A stretch of 63,916 nt of DNA, filler included, from Choristocarpus tenellus KU-1152 (lineage: Eukaryota > Protista > Phaeophyceae): the NCBI GenBank assembly GCA_964200185.2. It is 13 parts of 13 records of this genome, joined end to end, with 100 filler letters (N's around TTAATTAATTAA, not from the genome) between each part and the next. Parts side by side here need not be neighbours in the genome. Positions count along the whole stretch, not along the records: positions 38,472 to 42,032 come from CAXNAD020019251.1; positions 42,133 to 47,720 come from CAXNAD020010329.1; positions 47,821 to 51,636 come from CAXNAD020017773.1; positions 51,737 to 58,690 come from CAXNAD020006979.1; 9 more parts are not named here. One strand, 5' to 3'. The notes beneath the pieces are model-generated. The model had not been told where the DNA came from, searched no databases, and saw only the letters and a list, made by a program, of their open reading frames with translations. Position numbers and translations under genes: made by a program. Position 1 is the first letter of the stretch; every line of letters starts with the position of its first letter. Positions 39,034 through 52,040 of the stretch are shown piece after piece.

Positions 39034-39219
39034 CTTTCCATTTTCCGTGTTGCTGTGATGTTCTTGAACAACGCGTGGCTTCCCCGGCGCCTGGCTTGCC
39101 GGCTGAGGAGAGGTAGCTGGTGCTACTTCAACAGCGGTGACCGCTTGATTGGTGGACAGCTTCTCGGTTGTCTCTTGGGCGGAGGGAAGCAGCTTGATGT
39201 TTCGAAGGATGCAGTGGAC
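39034..39219 (-). CDS. Internal exon of an unidentified gene
   Basis: AG...GT-bounded, 186 nt, open frame VHCILRNIKLLPSAQETTEK...HSNTENGK; higher GC than its flanks. Confidence 0.5.
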
Positions 39220-42157
39220 CTACAACACCATCGGAAAGGAATAAATAATCAAAGCATCGAATCGTTATGAACAGGAGGAGGAGGCTCGGGTCAATTGCTG
39301 TCAACCGGTTACAAGACATTAACTGCATTCCTCTAACAAAACAAACAAAAAATACACTTGTTTGTTTGTCAACGGGCGGGTGGGGTCAACCAAGGTTACA
39401 CACACGCCTAGAGTATATATATATATAGAGAGAGAGAGAGAAGAGAGAGAAAAAAACCCAATGACCCTGCTCGTTTTTCTTTTGCAGGAGGAACGAGAAC
39501 ATGGGAAGGCGACACTTGGATTCCTCATGGAAAAGACGGAGGGGAGGGAGGGGGGGGATGGAATCTGTCAATCTCACATATTCCATTTTCATTCTGTACT
39601 GTCCTAGCTAGTCACCCAAAATACATTTTTAGGGTTAAGGCTAGTGTGGAGCCTTTCCATTTCTATTCAGACTCTGGGAGACCCCTAAGGCAGAACACAA
39701 AACCAAAGAGATATATCTTGCACGTTTTTTTTGTTTTTTGATGATTAGGTTCGCTGAAGAGCGTATGTGTCATCCAACTCAAAAGGTTGAAATCCTGTTT
39801 GAAAGAAGACCCAACAATAAAAAAAAAGGCACAAATCGGTTTGATACAACAGGAGTAACACATAGAACAGAATTTTAAAAAGGAATTTGAAAAGTCAGAG
39901 CATTGAACAGACCTTGGCTTGCCTCTATAGGTTCTGTTTCAAAGCTGGGCTGTGGTAGCAGGCCCCAGTGGAACAGCAGTTTCTCAATATTTGATCAGCC
40001 CATTGTCAGAATCACCCCCCAAAAAAAAATTGGACAACTTACTAATCAAGCAGCAGAGTGGTATGACTTACAATAATAAGGGTTTCCAGCAACCCTGAAG
40101 TACTGTGCTCATAATACTTACAAAACAATAGCTCTTTCCAAAATCACACTTGCACAGTGCACAAAAATGGAACAATATAGAAGGATATCCAATTAAATGC
40201 TTCGGACCCACCAAACCCCCCCCCCCCCCCAAAAAAAAAAAAGCCCCCAAAAACTTCTTGAATTGCGTCGGCTATGCAGTAATTATATTATTTTTACTTT
40301 CACTCACATACATATATATATATCTTTTTTTTCACATGATTTTCTTCTTTAAAACAAATATGTAAAATAGCATGTGGGCAAGCCTACGCACTAGGATGAG
40401 GATAAAGTACAGACAGAAGGACAGATGGATGGATGGATGGATGGATGGACAGAGGAATTTCTTGACTTTACACTCTACGTATGTGAGAGGGGGCCTAAGA
40501 AGTTGGTAGTTGGCAAGGGTCCCTTAGGGAAATAAATTTACACATGAACAAAAATATACAAAATATAGCATAAAAAAAGATAACGCAATGCAGTGCTACA
40601 TAGCAATAAAAATAATACTATTATGCCCACCGACGAGTTTCGGGGATTGTCATAATAGAAAAAACAAGAACAAAATGGTACACATAATTTATTCTTCAAT
40701 CCCCTTTTTTGGTACAACTTAGTACTTTTATATTTTTAATTTAGTATTTAGTTCACAGGATCCACGCAGTGTGTTGTGACACGGCCTGCCTGGGCGTCAA
40801 ATGTAATTTAGCGGACCAGTCACAGGTGCAATGTTTTAAAATGGCAGAATCCATGGCTGTCACTACTTCCACATGTCCATGCTGCTGGCCACCCCAGTTG
40901 AAGTAAGTTCAATCGTGGCCGTTCCCATGGTTGCCACGACTACTTCAACATAGGCAGGCCACCAGTTGGCCCTGTCCAACCACGTTCAAACATGGCCATC
41001 AACCAACTGCTTCAACATGACCAGGCCATGGACAGGCCATGACCGAACCTGTGGCCGTTGGTTGACAGTGGACATGATAGCTGCCCGGGCCTGGATGAAA
41101 TAAAATAAAATAAAATAAAATAAAATGTACGATTTTCAATTTTTCAATTTCTTGCCCTCACTTCAATTACAAAAAAAATATTCAAAAGATATCTTGCGAT
41201 TTATGAACATTACATTACACTTATTACATTACACTTGTTCCATTACGGCACCACCCCAAACACTTGCATCAATTTCTTTAACTACAGAGGACATGATGTA
41301 TGGTGCTTCCACCTTAGAGTGAAACAAAGTGTTGAGACAGACAGCCCAGCCCCCCCCCCCAAACAAAAAACCGGAAGAAACAGAAAAAAACAGAAAAAAA
41401 TCAATCAAAAGAATATCGTACTGAGCGGCGCAAAGCCCTGATAAATCGCCGTAACTGTTCTTACATCTGAGGATGCGGGGGGGGGGGGGCACTTATTTTT
41501 TTCCTTTTTCTTCTGCCAATTAAAACCATTACTATTTCGATCAAAAGAAAGGGATGGCTGTGCACCATTGGAGGAGCCCTATGCACTTCAACAAATAAAA
41601 AAATGCACCCCTTTGTCGGTAAGCGCCCGCACACTCTCAAATTTGTTCAAGCAAATGGGAGAAAGAAATACAGACGAAACAATGTCATCCCTCTCAAAAC
41701 AGCACCTCTATCCTCACAGCAACGGGATCGTTTCTTCATACTTCAATACATCGCAAGGCCTGTCACACTGGCACACAAAGAAAAGGGGGGTCACCACCAC
41801 CACTCCACGCATCTCGAAGCTCAACCCCCCTCCCTCCCAAAGAGATGGAGACAAGAGGCGTGGTGACAGTCATTGTACCCCCAAAGTGTCTTGAAACGTC
41901 ACAATGGCAACATGCATGCACCGCTGGACTACAAGTGATACACCTTCCTGTAATACCCAAATCAACGAAGAATTACCTCTTAACAGGGTCAAAGTATCTG
42001 GGGGGGGGGGGGGGGGGGTTGGGGGTTTGTTTNNNNNNNNNNNNNNNNNNNNNNNNNNNNNNNNNNNNNNNNNNNNTTAATTAATTAANNNNNNNNNNNN
42101 NNNNNNNNNNNNNNNNNNNNNNNNNNNNNNNNAAAAAATTTGTGTGCGCCACCCGCG

Positions 42158-42195
<38 letters not shown>

Positions 42196-42317
42196 AGATA
42201 CTTTGACCCTGCATTTCCTTCAACAATCATGACTCCTAAAAACTGCATGAGAATAAGTCAGAACAGAAATCAATACAATAACCCAGTCTTAACTTAATGC
42301 ACGAAGTACATACCTTG

Positions 42318-42482
42318 CCATTATATCACTACTATTCTATTTCTACATTATATCACTACTATTCTATTACTACATTATATCACTACTATTCTATTACTAC
42401 ATTATATCAGTACTATTTTATTACTACATTGTATCACTACTATTCTATTACTACATTATATCACCACTATTCTATTACTACC
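42318..42482. repeat. 27-bp minisatellite (~6 copies)
   Basis: Unit ACATTATATCACTACTATTCTATTACT. Confidence 0.92.
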
Positions 42483-43010
42483 ATTATCCAGGACCCATGG
42501 AACACATTTCACACAGGGAACACATTTCACACAGGCAACAGATCATTATTGTGATCATTACAGTTGTAGAATTAGTATCAGCATTATCCAGAACCCATGA
42601 AACCCTTTTTGTGCAGGCCATATATCATTATTATGGTGACTACATTAGTGGAATTAGTACTAGCATCATCCAGAGCCCATGGAACCCTTTTTATGCAGGA
42701 CACAGATCAATATTACGGCATTACAGTTGTAGAATTAGTGTTAGCAATACCCAGAACCCACAGAACCAATTTTGTGCAGGTCAAATATAGCACACCTAGT
42801 AGTGTTGTGGATCTAAAGCATTTATGTGTGAAATCTAAATCAGCTACAAAAAAATGTAACGCTCTGCGGGCAACGCACGTACCACACATACACGCAAAAA
42901 AACAAAATGTATCCCTCAATTTTCGGTTTCAACTAATCGCAATGTATCGCCATTTGGAACAACAACAGTGACGATGTGTACGCTTACTAAAATGACACCC
43001 TCTCATACAC

Positions 43011-46000
43011 CTTTGGTCACCATCGGGCTCCTGATGAAGAGCAGGCCTTGTTCGACACGCTGAAGTCAGCAACCCATCAAGCACAACCCTAGTACACACC
43101 AAAACAGAGAGGCCTTCCATATGGCGGTTGATACAGTCTGATAGGCAAACAAACACAACTTGCTGGGGCATAACAAGCGCCAATCTCATCAATACGACAT
43201 TATCCATCTGTTACATACAAGACTCTAAGGAGTGTACATGTTGTCTCAGTCATTCTAGAAACATGGTTTTTGAAATTTATTAGTTAACGTGACTATCTAT
43301 CTCACGTTCTAAAATGATAGTTTTTTGGAGTACCTAATCGGATAGCATGCGAAACAGGTTGTCGCACCTAGTCCCTAAAAACATGTTCTTGAATGTAGTT
43401 AACCAATTTGTATCAATTCAGTCCCCATGATTCACAACACTCCACACACTACTGTTATAACCACAACTACATATACATATACATACATATACAAGTATTA
43501 ATAACATACAACAAAATGTAGTATCTCTAAAAAAAAACTTCCTCATACGCACATACATATTCATACCGCTACATAGCACTACAGAGCACCACAAGTCAAC
43601 CCCACACCAACAGTATAAACAGAAGCAGATAGCTCCACGGGCCGCTGACTAATCCTCTAATCCTGAAATTATGTAAAGATCTCCGAGCAAGAAATCAGAG
43701 GTCATCAGAGCAGTGTAAGCAACGCTATGCCTTTACCGCTACGAGAAATTACACACAAACCGTCAACAGTTTCATTCTTAGTTATAGTCATAGTCATAGT
43801 CTTAGTCATATTCATATTCATAGTCATGGTCATATCATCGACTAAATCGAAACCCTGTTCAAAACGCTGCACCACCTACACCTACACACAAATACACGCC
43901 TCCAATCACCTGCCCCTGGGAACTCCCCTCGTACTCAGACCACACGGCAGCCAGTACTAAAGATCCAGTCCTTCCCCAGCCTTCCTCGTCTGCATGATGC
44001 ATGTCTGATGCCCCAGCTCCCCACTTCTTTCTCTTCTTGTTCGATTTTGATTGTGACCAATTCACAGGGTCCTTGATGGGCACTACACAAATCCCACACA
44101 AGCAAGTCTTGAGGCATTTTCTCTTTAACCCATGAGCCATACTGCTACTGCCGACAACTCGCCTGCCAGGCTGTGAGAGAGAAGTGGGAAAGGGGGAGAG
44201 TGGGCAAAGGAAGGTCTGCATGATAGGAGAGATTACAGGTAAATCATTCAGAGCCCAAGAAGAACGGAGATCCAACCCCACTAAATGCAAGGCGCCACTA
44301 ACAACAGAACCGATATTGAATCATTCAAAGTGGGAGTGATGAGACAACAAAGTCAAGACCAACATCAGACCAGAGCCAAGAGCGTAAGTGACATTAGATA
44401 TACACAGCATTTTACATCGAGTTTCGATACACTTAGTCAGTGGCACGGTGTCACTACAAAACTCTGTTGAAGGTATATATGAAGGTATATATGAAGGTAT
44501 ATATGAAGGTATATATGAAGGTATATATGAAGGTATATATGAAGGTATATATGAAGGTATATATGAAGGTATATGCACAAACGGTTGTACCATTCAGAGG
44601 TAAACACATTGCACTATACCATTTCATCCAACTCCTACTATTTACTCACTAAAATTAAAGAGTTTTCTGTATTGGTTGGTGGCTGCCGGGTCATGTGGTC
44701 CTACTATATTCAGTGAATGTACCTTAGGTATACATACATATATACATCTATATATACATCTGTATATACATATTAAGTTGCAAACAAACTAAAAAACAAA
44801 CAAAAACCTCCAGACATTTGTGAGACCTCCCCCCATCACAACTATTTTGTTTCTTTCTCCCTATGTGTGTAGTGATTAGGGGGCCTCAGCCTCTCCCCTG
44901 AAGGCAGGCAAAGCAAAAGCACAAATCGAAATACGACCGCAATCGTCTACACTAACAACTCCAGTACACTAACAACTCCGGTACACTAACAACTCTGGTC
45001 CCGAGAGCTAGTTCCACACCATCGCAGAGCATTACAAATCACCATCGGCAGTTGCCAGTATCATAACATATCACACCACAAATAGAATCAAATGGCATCT
45101 CCAAAACACTAGTGTGTACCCCACACCAATCAACTTCAATCAGGACATCCATCCAGCAAATAGAATCAAATGGCATCTCCAAAACACTAGTGTGTACCCC
45201 ACACCAATCAACTTCAATCAGGACATCCATCCAGCAAACAGAATCAAATGGCATCTCCAAAACACTAGTGTGCACCCCACACCAATCAACTTCAATCAGG
45301 ACATCCATCCAGCAAACAGAATCAAATGGCATTTCCAAAACACTAGTGTGTACCCCACACCAATCAACTTCAATCAGGACATCCATCCAGCAAACAGAGC
45401 TAGACCCGCAAAGCAACCAAACTCAGCGAGAAAGAGGCAGAGGTAGGTAGGGTACTTCCAACAGTGCACAGCGCGTGCACAAGCATGTCCAGAAAAAAAA
45501 GAAGATCAGAATGAAGCCCATCGATCTCAGACGTTAAGTGTCCTTGATACATTGGAAGACCGCAATTCAATCACTGTGATTGACAACTCTCTGTCCTGTC
45601 TCGTAGAACCGTTGTTACTGTACAAAATACACGGTGCAATCTTGTCTACTAACGGAGGTGTACCTTTAGTGGTCATCAGACGCACGTGGGTCAAAAAAAC
45701 AAAAGCGTTTGGGAGGGGACGAAAAGCAACCAACAAAAAACAAAAAACACACCTCCTAAAAAAATGTGATCCATCCTCCAGTACACGCCTCCTACAGGGT
45801 TTCATCAGAATGGGACCTATCACCAGCATTCCTTCAAGACCCTTCTTCTCACTCTTGCCCTAACACCCCCCCCCCCCCCTCCAAATACTGCCCTTGTTTT
45901 TTTTTTAACTACCCGCCACGACCAAACCTAAAGGAATTAAATAAAGCCNNNNNNNNNNCATTCCCTCAATACCCTTTTCTTTACGCTTGCCCGATCCCCC

Positions 46001-46824
46001 CCCCCCCCCTTCCAAGTACTGCACTTGTTTTATTTTGAGCTACAAGCAACGACAATACATAGAGGATTTAAATAAGGCTCCAATAGGACAGGATATACTA
46101 AAAACAATCGGCAATCAACATTATCACCCAACAGAAGACAGTCAAAAAACCAGAACCTAACTCAACAAACTAGGGCACTTTCTTTCACGTTGAATCGATC
46201 ACTCCTTCCCATCCCCATCCCCTTCCACACCACAAACCCATACAAGCAGACGATGCCCTTTCAAACACATACATACGGGACAGTAAGATGTCGTCGAGAC
46301 GGATAACTCTCTCACCGAGTCAGGTGGAGTGAGGAATGCCATGATGCCAGGGTTGCTAGGACCAAACCCACGGAACTGTGGAGAGTTCAAGCACATCACA
46401 GCACACATAGTAGCGTGGTACCTACACAGGGTTAATTAAGGTTAGGGTCATGGCCAGATCGGGGCCTCTTGAGGGTGCAGCCAAAGGTCAAAGAGAGTCT
46501 AAGGTGAAAATGTTCAACAAGGATATACAATTTACAGACACTGATCTTCAAAGGGAAACAGAACATCGTACTGCATCCATCTCCTTGAGGCCCTAGCCCT
46601 AAACCTAATGTGCAATCGAGACTACCATAACAAGCGTGTTTTGATAGCATAGCATAGCATAGCATAGCATAGCATAGCATAGCATAGTGTGACACAAAGG
46701 TCACCTCGTGTAAGGGTCCTCGGAGTGGTCTCTCCCCTCCCAACCCCCCTGAATGTTCTGCTCCTTCAGTACATACGACAGCCCCTCCTTGAGACGGCAA
46801 TCGTCATCCTCCACACCAAGAATC
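43011..46824 (-). CDS. Uncharacterised protein with QW (terpene cyclase/prenyltransferase-type alpha-alpha repeat) motif, partial
   Basis: Phase-consistent exons 46824-46705, 46421-46316, 45859-45753, ~44162-43910, 43059-43011. Reads ILGVEDDDCRLKEGLSYVLKEQNIQGGWEGRDHSEDPYTR|YHATMCAVMCLNSPQFRGFGP. Confidence 0.7.
44469..44574. repeat. 12-bp tandem repeat (GAAGGTATATAT) x ~9
   Basis: Perfect visible tandem array, intronic. Confidence 0.95.
45080..45397. repeat. 78-bp minisatellite x4
   Basis: Unit AGAATCAAATGGCATCTCCAAAACACTAGTGTGTACCCCACACCAATCAACTTCAATCAGGACATCCATCCAGCAAA(T/C); near-identical copies with no spacers. Confidence 0.95.
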
Positions 46825-48669
46825 CTAACGTGAGAAACAGGGTTTCCGAGACCGTAAAAGTCAGTAACGGGTGGGGTGCATGTAGACAGGAAGGATGCGG
46901 GGGGCCATAGCAGCATTGCAAGGAGAAGGCAATTGGAGTCAAAGACAGAGATGTGATCATACCTCAAGTAAGGTCAATGTGAGGGGAAGGGATAAAAACA
47001 AACCAGAAAGTCGTACGGGGAACATTTTCGTGCATTCAAGCATGCTGATAGGTTAAAGGGGACTTGTGAACGGCGTTGCTGATTGGTCAACCACCCTTGT
47101 CAACAAATTCCTTTTTTTCCATTGGCCAGCAATTCTAACATTTTGTCTCCCCCCGTCTCTGAGACAGTTACTGACAGTTATTGAAAGTTACACGACCTTA
47201 CATACTTCCTCCATTCGATCTAACAGTGTTAACTGAAACAGTTCACAGTATAACTCACTCAGTCCAGCAAATTCACCAAACCGATCTCGGAGTCATTAAG
47301 AGCGCACTCAAATAAGCCACTGAACCATTACAATCACATACTAGGCAAACCTAGTGCCCAAGAGATGCGTAACACACTGAGAAGAACGAACGACCAGTTC
47401 TTTGGACAGGGGTGATTTGGGGGTGGATTGATTTGGGGGACTTAAAGCGAACCCCCACCGAGATGTTTGAGATCAATCCACAGATAAACCACAAAGCTTT
47501 AGAAGGAGTACAAGGTCCAAGAGGATGGTACTGTGTTGAAACTACAATGTAGACACAGGACGGAAGGGAGATCCTGGCTACAAGGACATCATCATCGACA
47601 ACCTACTTCACTGCGTGTCTCAGAAACGATACCGGACCAAAGCATCTGGGGGGGGGGGAACTACACCAGGGGGAGTCCATTTGAACCAAAATCAGGAAAA
47701 ATGTGCAATTACATTATCCANNNNNNNNNNNNNNNNNNNNNNNNNNNNNNNNNNNNNNNNNNNNTTAATTAATTAANNNNNNNNNNNNNNNNNNNNNNNN
47801 NNNNNNNNNNNNNNNNNNNNTAAGTGTAAGGACTGGTGAGCCCCACCTAGTGAAGGTATCTCACTCTCTTCTCAACTGTGGTACAAGTTAATAAACAATA
47901 ATATAACTAGTTGTGTGGGACAACAGATCGTCAAGGACAGCTTAACACTGCTGCCATATCATCCAGGTGTGAGAGGTCCAAACTTGATCTGCTTGGCACA
48001 GAGGTTGCAGCGGAGGGGGGAGGGTATGTGACCTCTTGTGCGAATGGGACATGTGATAGGTAAACGTGGAAGGAGCACCTCATCTGGAAGTGCCCTTGCA
48101 TGGTGAACTCTTAGCCAGTTACTGAACCCTGGAATGATATCATCGATGCACACACACCCATTATGGAGAGTGAGGTTTAAGGAATGTAGTGCAATGAGAT
48201 CAAGGTGAATGCACTCGCGACATGTTACAAATTAATTTAAATTTTATTGCACTCTTTTGACGAACACATCAAAAAGATTATAACCCAACAAACTAACCCT
48301 TTTGTACACCTTTTTAGGATTTGATTTGAAAATCATGTGTACATACTCCCAATCTAATCTATCATCGAAGGAAACATAGTCATGTGACACATCATCGTGT
48401 AGGGATTGTCGAACATGCTATGGTGAACCCAAGGTTCCTGCTGTGATATGGTGTCTGCCTGGCCATGACAAGAGTACTGGAGGTGAATCTAGAGTTTGGA
48501 GTTGAGGAGTCATGACCTATGATGGGGGAGACATTGGGAAGCTTCAATTTCCCTCATATCAATGGGTCGGGAGACAGTATCCAGGTCTTCTACCAAGCCG
48601 AAGCACACCTCGGGATAAGGGGTTGCGCAGAAGCACCATATGACCCTGTGATTCAGTTCGGAGTGGGAC

Positions 48670-49272
48670 TTCTCTGACTATGTATAGGTCTGAGAAGTAC
48701 CATGGGGTGCGATTCTCCATCATTCGCTGGAGTGGGCACCCAGCAGACGGTAGGTGCAAGTTCCCTGCAAAGAAACGTCCTGTGGCAACACAGAGTGGTA
48801 AGGAATCTGAGGGAGGCAAGACCTTGAAGATAAGTCCGGCCAATGTTGTGTGCACAGGCGGACCAATATGGGAGTCCAGCGGGGGAGCAGGGCGGGTATC
48901 AGGACCCATTAGTTTTATCTGGATGTAAAATCTGGATGAATGCTGAATGGTGGAGAAAGCCTGGTCTCTAATGACGTGCATGTTGCACGATCGCCTGGCT
49001 TTGATCTTATGCAGAGCGGGGTTACTAGGTAGCAGTTGGGCCGACCTGATGACTGAAAACATTCCCCAACAAGACAGGGGAAGGAAGAGGTACAGGTCAA
49101 GATGGATGGGTTAATGCTTCGGGATGAGGACAATCTGGTTCTCTTCTTGACCAAGAAGGCGAGGTTGGCCATGGGACTTGCTTTCCTTGAGGTTGAGATT
49201 CCTGATTCAGAATTTGTCTCCAAGATCCCCTGGACAAGTTGGCTGGATGCCATTCTTCAGCAGTGGTTGTGA
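48670..49272 (+). pseudogene. Ty1/copia gag relic
   Basis: Frameshifted peptides EKAWSLMTCML and DGLMLRDEDNLVLFLTKKARLAMGLAFLEVEIPDSEFVSKI resemble the copia gag (UBN2-type) region. Confidence 0.45.
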
Positions 49273-49899
49273 TGGAATGCAGCAAGGAGAATAGGTCTAT
49301 ACAGTAGAACTCCATAAATACATAAAGATATGAGGACCTCCAAGCCAGGGAGGGGAAATTAATAAATATTTCCTAAGAGATTTTTCTCTAACTTGTGGAG
49401 TTCAAGGATTAGTGAAGATGCATTTCAAGGATTTATTGACAAGGACTTGCTGGCATTACGATCACGAGTGTTATGAACAAGTAGAGGATGCAAGAGGGCT
49501 GTGGATAGCATGGCGTACAATATTGTCACAGCAAGGGAGGGTGTTGGTTATAGATGCTGGGATACACATTGACATCACCAGTGGAACTGCAAATACAGTT
49601 TAGAGCTAACCAGACATGTAACAGCCATTCACTAGTGATATTGAGTGATAAGGAAGAGTATCATAGGAGCGTCTTGTTATTCCATCTGTATTATTCTTAT
49701 CTGTGTTGTTCCATTGCTATTTGTAAGAGAGTAAGTGGATCAGTATGCACCTGTCGACTGGGGTGGTCAGGCATTGGCCCACCCCTTGTCTTTTTAGTAC
49801 AGTCTAGTGTAGAGATCAAACATCGATGCCAGTGTACACACTCTTAATCTAATATATCATCAAAGGAAACATACTCACGTGACACACCATCTCCATGCA

Positions 49900-50990
49900 G
49901 AGGGATTGTCGAACACCATGTGGCTGCCGTACAAGTATCCTTGACGTTTGCGATGTCCCATTGGTACACTGTATACTTCCGCAAATGGGCAGCCAAAGCT
50001 GGGGTCTCCCTTGCCTCGTTGTGGGATCTGTGCAAGCGCGGGAAGGTAAAGAAGGTCAAGCAATGGATTAAACTTGAACTCTCGGACCAGCAGAGAGTCA
50101 GCAGGGTGGGTTTTGTAATCATTCGCACGCACAGGAGGGGGGGAAGTGGGGTATTAGTGGACGATCTATATGATTGGGCGCATATGTGCGAGAAGTGGTT
50201 TTACATCCTCAAAGATGGGCAAGGTGTGTGCCTGTACCCCACTCAAGACCCCCCCAGCCCCCATGGGCACAGAACAAGTGTTACATTACGAAGGTGATGT
50301 TCCTTGTAGCTGCGGTCTCCCCTAGAAAGCTCTCTCCAATGGGGTGTGGTTCGATGGTTAATCAGGATTTGGCCAATCACACTATGGTCGCTCAGCGCTT
50401 CAGCAAACGCTGACCTAAGGGCACTAAGGTGCTTGTGCCAGCCATGGTGAACGGGGAGAGGTATAAGAAGCTCATGGTCGAGGATGCCATCGTGGCAATA
50501 AAGGTTCGCGTGCCTAGATCGGAAGGACATACCATCTTTGTGCAGCAGGATGGGGCAAAGCCACAGATCAAGGGGGGGATCATGGAGAAAACGGGGAGGC
50601 GGCGGGGTACGACATTATCATAGTGACCAGCCAGCTAACTCACTTGACCTCAATGTCAACGACCTGGGATTCTTTCCTTCCATCCAGCAACTGAAGGAAG
50701 GCCTGGGGGTGACCAACACAGAGGAGTGGTGGAGGCCACAATGGAGGCGTTCGACATTTATCCCCGGCAAGCACTAGAGTGCGTCTGGCAGAGTCTCTTC
50801 GCAGTCTACGGTGAAGTACTGGGGTTCAAGGGTGACAAGGTCTTCAAAGTTCTCCATCTTAGCAAGGAAAAGACTGAGAAGGTGGTTAAGGTCTCCACGA
50901 ATGCCCCGGTGGATAGGGCGAAGTACTGTGCTGAAATGGAGTTTTGGAGGGCTTCGGGGATGAAATCACAGATAGGTGTAGGCTGACCAA
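49900..50990 (+). pseudogene. Decayed Tc1/mariner (plant-type DD39D) transposase
   Basis: Motifs across frames: H(MC)EKWFY, ITKVMFLVAA, IFVQQDGAKP, QPANSLDLNVNDLGFFPSIQ, VWQSL..GD..FKVLH. Several frameshifts and stops; the first catalytic D is lost. Confidence 0.9.
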
Positions 50991-51310
50991 TTTAGGCTGA
51001 GATTTTGGTGGGTAACGTTTTAGAGTGGAAACAGTACATCCATAAAATATGAAAATGGAATCTTGTATCTTCATTTCAGCTTCCAAAAGTTATGTTACAT
51101 TTAATTCCGAACGAAGAAAGTACTAATAATTGTGTGCTTCATCACCATCAGTGTCTACATATCACAACACTTTTCAAGATGCCAGGTGTAGGTTTCAAAT
51201 CTAGAACTCCCATGCACACATACTCCATACACTAATATAACAAAAAAAATAAAAACGACGAATTGTTGTACATTTTACCAAATCAAGAACGAAGTAAGAT
51301 AAGGAGGGAA

Positions 51311-51569
51311 GAGCCTAAGTATCTTAGAGGGTACAGCCACGTCCATTTGGGGCCAAAATTCAATTTTGTCATTTTGATGTAATTTTGGCTATCGTCTTTG
51401 TTCGGGAGTATCAATATCTTTGTTCCGGACACACCTTTTCATAACGTTTACATTTTATCTACTCTGAAACATTTTGGAGTAGGAACATGTTATTAAAAAA
51501 TCCCATCGGAAGCCAAGCCCCAAATGGACAAACAAGGCAAAACTCGTACCCTCTAAGGTACTTTCACGC
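51311..51569 (+). mobile_element. MITE family A, full copy with GGAA TSD
   Basis: GGAA|GAGCCTAAGTATCTTAGAGGGTAC...GTACCCTCTAAGGTACTTTCACGC|GGAA. Confidence 0.9.
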
Positions 51570-51736
51570 GGAAGGAACAGTCGATCACCAAAATTGAGGA
51601 TGGAGCATACTATGGAGGATGGGTTTGACCGAAAGTNNNNNNNNNNNNNNNNNNNNNNNNNNNNNNNNNNNNNNNNNNNNTTAATTAATTAANNNNNNNN
51701 NNNNNNNNNNNNNNNNNNNNNNNNNNNNNNNNNNNN

Positions 51737-51992
51737 GTCAACAGTGTTCCAAATTTAGGTTTGAGAGTTTTACTTTGCCCATGTGTACAGGGTTAGGGTT
51801 AAGGTAAGAGTTGCAAGTACACTCCACTGGGACTTGCAAAACATTACATATATATATACACAAGTGGTCAACAGTGTTCCAAATTTAGGTTTGAGAGTTT
51901 TACTTTGCCCATGTGTACAGGGTTAGGGTTAAGGTAAGAGTTGCAAGTACACTCCACTGGGACTTGCAAAACATTACATATATATATACACA
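51737..51992. repeat. 130-bp perfect tandem duplication (intronic, at contig start)
   Basis: The unit starts at 51737 and again at 51867; it contains GGGTTAGGGTTAAGG and the inverted pair TTGCAAGT/ACTTGCAA. Confidence 0.9.
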
Positions 51993-52040
51993 AAGTATGT
52001 GTAAATAGTGACGCCTTCCGTCCTCCACCCCCCCCCCCAG

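Noticed and set aside
40785-41095. GC-rich segment with many CCATGG/GGCC motifs and weak terminal inversion
   Set aside because: Single copy in the window, imperfect TIRs and no TSD; cannot be classified.
41986-42209. Single MITE B spanning the linker, which would imply the contigs are adjacent
   Set aside because: The flanks (AACA vs TGCA) do not form a TSD, so these are probably ends of two different copies.
45080-45397. CRISPR-like array or repeat-protein ORFs
   Set aside because: Contiguous 78-bp units with no unique spacers, inside a eukaryotic intron; the open frames arise from the 3n unit length.
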